This document shows positions 40,245 to 42,559 of a DNA stretch of 42,559 bases, one piece after another. The stretch is from IMG/VR virus record IMGVR_UViG_3300025528_000003; one strand, 5' to 3'. A program made the position numbers and the translations under genes. Source of the DNA: a virus. How positions within the stretch are numbered: the stretch's first letter is position 1; each line of letters opens with the position of its first letter. A model generated the notes under the pieces. It worked only from the letters and a program-made list of their open reading frames with translations, was not told where the DNA came from and did no database searches.

Positions 40245-41279
40245 TCATGGATGGTTCCTTTCCATCCGCAGAATCACGGCGTCACTGTCCTCCTGATCGG
40301 GGGACAGATAATGCCTTTCCAGGATCGTCGTGACCTCGCCAATTGAGTGCCCTGAGATGAGGGCAATGCGCTTGATGTCATTGCCTTCCTTCCACCGCTC
40401 GGTGATGAAAGTCCCCCTGAGATCGTGGAAGGTAACATCGGTAATACCGAGCTTATCGCACTCTTTGCCCCATGATGTCTTGAATCCGTCCTTCGTCCAT
40501 GGACGACCCCGCGAATTGAGGCAGATGCGCAATGTGTCCTTTGGCATTGCATCAAGCATCGCCTTCAGTCGCGAATGGACGCGCACCTTCAGCTTCTTGC
40601 CGGTCTTGGACTGGTGGAAGCGAAGATAGGTGCCGTCATAATCCCTCCACGAAAGGCCCAGAATGTCACTCTGCCGCTGGCCGGTCGCTATGGCGATCTC
40701 GAATGGCAGAAGAAGGTGACTGGGCGCATTCTCCCTGAATCTCCTGATCAGGTCCGGCGTCCATATGAAGTCGCGCCGAGACCCCTTGTAGAGCCGGGTA
40801 ATCCCGTGACAGGGGTTCTTGTCGATCAGTTCGCAGGCTATGCCGTAGGAAAAGAGCTTGGACAGCGAGAAAAGCAGCTTGTCGGCCTTGCGCGGGTTCT
40901 GGGCAAAGCTTCTGTGCCACTTCCTTATATCGTCCTTCATCCCCTTCTCTTGCGTGAGGTGAAGGGGAAGGCGGGGCCATTTCTTCCTGATGAGCCGGAA
41001 GGCGTAGAGATGGTCCCTGCGCGTCGTTTCCGCCAGAGCGAGCCAGTCGGGGTTGGGTTCGTGGTCCGTCCCGGTGAAGCGATCTATCAGGCTATCAAGC
41101 GTCAGTGTCGGCTCTCTTGCCGCAAGCTCCCGGAGACGGGCCACCTCCATGACAAATTCCGGCGTGTGCGGCTTTGCCTTGATCTTCGGGCCGCCGCGCC
41201 ATGCGTAATAGTGATGGCGATAGGTGCCGTCCGCCAGCTTGCGCTTGACGTGATGCACGCCCTTAACGCGCACGAGCAT
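40245..41279 (-). CDS. int: Tyrosine recombinase / phage integrase
   Basis: 344 aa. C-terminal catalytic contexts ATGQRQSDIL, HDLRGTF and GHS...ERHY. Adjacent to the tRNA-fragment attP. Confidence 0.95.
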   Translation of the reverse strand: MLVRVKGVHHVKRKLADGTYRHHYYAWRGGPKIKAKPHTPEFVMEVARLRELAAREPTLTLDSLIDRFTGTDHEPNPDWLALAETTRRDHLYAFRLIRKKWPRLPLHLTQEKGMKDDIRKWHRSFAQNPRKADKLLFSLSKLFSYGIACELIDKNPCHGITRLYKGSRRDFIWTPDLIRRFRENAPSHLLLPFEIAIATGQRQSDILGLSWRDYDGTYLRFHQSKTGKKLKVRVHSRLKAMLDAMPKDTLRICLNSRGRPWTKDGFKTSWGKECDKLGITDVTFHDLRGTFITERWKEGNDIKRIALISGHSIGEVTTILERHYLSPDQEDSDAVILRMERNHP

Positions 41280-41505
41280 CCTCCCTGTCCCTCCAGGCTA
41301 GATATTCATCCAGACTCTGGAAGTCGGCGGGGTCCGATGGGCCGTCAATGGAAGACTCCCCCGCATCCCCGCTATTCTCGTTAATCACAACCCGCACACG
41401 CTCTCCGTCGAAGATGACTTCACCAACAGGCAGGCCGCAGGCGCGAATGGCCTTGACCATGCGGCTGATCTCGTCTTGAGTGATGCGGGCAGCGCGTCTT
41501 GTCAT
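41263..41505 (-). CDS. Hypothetical protein upstream of int (positional candidate for excision/directionality factor)
   Basis: 80-aa ORF overlapping the int start by 17 nt. No Xis motif recognised. Confidence 0.45.
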   Translation of the reverse strand: MTRRAARITQDEISRMVKAIRACGLPVGEVIFDGERVRVVINENSGDAGESSIDGPSDPADFQSLDEYLAWRDREDARAR

Positions 41506-41876
41506 TCCGCCTGCCTTTCAGTCTGCGGCTGTGAATCTTTCAATGCGCGGATGGCGGCGACGAACTGGCCCCGCCAACCTACCGGCGATTCAAAGTCGCG
41601 CTGGAATTCATTCTGCGTAAACTCCGCGACCCGTTCCAGGGTCTCGTCGTCTAGCTCGCCGGGGGCGACGAGACGATAGCCTGCGGCGACAACCCTGCGA
41701 ACACCAAGTTCCGCCATATCCCTATCCGTGGCGGAGAGGTTCGCCCAATGTTTGTATCCATCTCCGCGAGCCACTTTCACGGCCTTCTCGACCGCGTTCG
41801 TATCGCTGTTGCAACCGCAGGAGTGAGGATGACCGTAACAGCCGATAGGGTGCTTTGAACATGGACACTCGCTCAT
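41502..41876 (-). CDS. Hypothetical protein with Cys/His-rich N-terminus (124 aa)
   Basis: Coupled ORF with CPCSKHPIGCYGHPHSCGC. Confidence 0.55.
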   Translation of the reverse strand: MSECPCSKHPIGCYGHPHSCGCNSDTNAVEKAVKVARGDGYKHWANLSATDRDMAELGVRRVVAAGYRLVAPGELDDETLERVAEFTQNEFQRDFESPVGWRGQFVAAIRALKDSQPQTERQAE

Positions 41877-42064
41877 CGCCCGCTCTCCTCACCTTGGCCT
41901 GTAACCTGGTCGGATAGGGCGCGGAGGGTTTCTTCGATGTCAAAAGGAAGTTGAACGCCTTCCCCTATCATTATCTCGCCGTCATAGTCCCACGTGTGTG
42001 CGGATCTTTCGGCAAGAGCGAGTATCGCCCGAGCGAGGATTGCGATCTTTTCATCGGTTCCCAT
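41873..42064 (-). CDS. Hypothetical protein (63 aa); intact paralogue of the frameshifted copy at 35808..36030
   Basis: AAGGAGGG RBS before ATG 42064. Confidence 0.55.
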   Translation of the reverse strand: MGTDEKIAILARAILALAERSAHTWDYDGEIMIGEGVQLPFDIEETLRALSDQVTGQGEESGR

Positions 42065-42274
42065 CGCGGCCCTCCTTGTTGAGGGCGGCGCGGAGGGCGG
42101 CGCACCTGTCAACCCATCTGCGATGCAGGAACCAGAAGGGCCGGGCGCACCAGCCGCACAGAGTTTCACACCAATCAGCAATCGTTCGGAGCACTAATCC
42201 TGCGCCTTCTAGTGGTATCGCGGGAATAATAATCAGAAGCGCAACGAAATGTTGAAACCGCGTCAGCCTACGCA
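42051..42274 (-). CDS. Small membrane protein (74 aa)
   Basis: AGGAGG lies 6 nt before ATG 42274. TM segment FVALLIIIPAIPLEGAGLVL. Overlaps the MazG-like gene's stop. Confidence 0.5.
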
Positions 42275-42559
42275 TCACCACCTCCTGCCGTGGGTAGGGT
42301 GGGCGGGACAATCCCGTTGACTTGATCTCCTTCGGTCACAAACCGGATGAGCATGGCGAGGAGCTGGATGATCTCACCTTCAACCTCTGACCATTCCATT
42401 CGGCGCTCGGCGTAATGAACTGCGCCGCGAATAACCTCGCCAGCTTCTTCGGCTATCTTCAAGGTGACGTAATTGGGCTGGGGAAATTTCGCTGAGGCCT
42501 TAGTCGCAGAGGCCCGTGCCCTTTCGACCAAGCTTCCGAAGTAATCGGTCCCACTCGCC
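42268..42559 (-). CDS. 3' part of the junction-spanning MazG-like gene (C-terminal MazG domain)
   Basis: KIAEEAGEVIRGAVH...EVEGEIIQLLAMLIRF matches MazG EExxE/helical motifs. The reading frame continues upstream through the overlap into 1..701. Confidence 0.75.
   Translation of the reverse strand, partial: ASGTDYFGSLVERARASATKASAKFPQPNYVTLKIAEEAGEVIRGAVHYAERRMEWSEVEGEIIQLLAMLIRFVTEGDQVNGIVPPTLPTAGGGDA
42461..42559. repeat. 99-bp terminal direct repeat, copy 2 (= 1..99)
   Basis: Read directly: identical to nt 1-99. Confidence 0.95.

Larger units (their letters stand above)
1..42559. mobile_element. Complete circular temperate phage genome (unit length 42,460 bp; podovirus-like virion module, lambdoid-like regulatory layout, tRNA-targeting integrase)
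   Basis: nt 1-99 are identical to nt 42461-42559. The window holds contiguous int/attP, immunity, recombination, replication, packaging, head, internal virion, tail fibre and lysis modules. No host housekeeping genes were seen. Confidence 0.9.

Noticed and set aside
1-42559. A retron, DGR or group II intron (searched for a reverse transcriptase and template/variable repeat pairs near the tail fibre genes).
   Set aside because: No ORF with RT motifs (YxDD context) was seen, and no near-identical repeat pair flanks the fibre C-termini.

Overview
The window is a complete, circularly closed temperate phage genome. The first 99 nt are identical to the last 99 nt, so the unit length is 42,460 bp. 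It is GC-rich, and an alphaproteobacterial (Rhizobiales-like) host is inferred only from the attP tRNA fragment and a GTTC-N7-GTTC SOS-box type.

Layout:
- attP carries the 3' ~50 nt of a tRNA-Arg(UCU)-like gene (40121-40173), next to a tyrosine integrase (40245-41279, minus strand).
- A long leftward early operon runs on the minus strand from ~7331, across the contig junction, to int. It encodes a MazG-like gene that spans the junction, two HNH endonucleases, a NinB-like protein, SSB, a Rad52/Sak-like annealase and many small ORFs.
- The immunity region (7.4-8.5 kb) has a short HTH-only repressor, a cro-like gene, and a 12-bp palindromic operator shared by the leftward and rightward promoter modules.
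- The rightward early genes are DUF551, HNH-AP2, Dam methylase, VRR-NUC, a PP-loop-like protein, a replisome-organiser-like protein and a DnaA-domain-IV-like protein.
- A candidate late-regulator gene is followed by a promoter and a short terminated transcript.
- A leftward three-gene moron sits at 15.36-16.09 kb.
- The virion module follows: terminase, portal, scaffold, capsid, internal virion proteins, a CHAP-like hydrolase, a tail-collar fibre and an 841-aa tailspike.
- The lysis cassette has a GH19 endolysin, a holin and i-/o-spanins.
- A cargo block before attP encodes a lipoprotein serine protease, an HTH-metallophosphoesterase and DUF3310.

No rRNA genes, no complete tRNA, no CRISPR array and no reverse transcriptase were seen.

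The most interesting candidates are:
1. A LexA-box-associated small ORF that converges on the repressor gene and mimics its C-terminal tail (candidate SOS-controlled antirepressor).
2. A ~320-nt ORF-free structured segment in the rex-like position, with its own promoter.
3. An acr-aca-like leftward operon, next to a hairpin that copies the first 11 nt and the stem of type I-F CRISPR repeats.

All functional calls come from motif recognition by eye. No database search was run.
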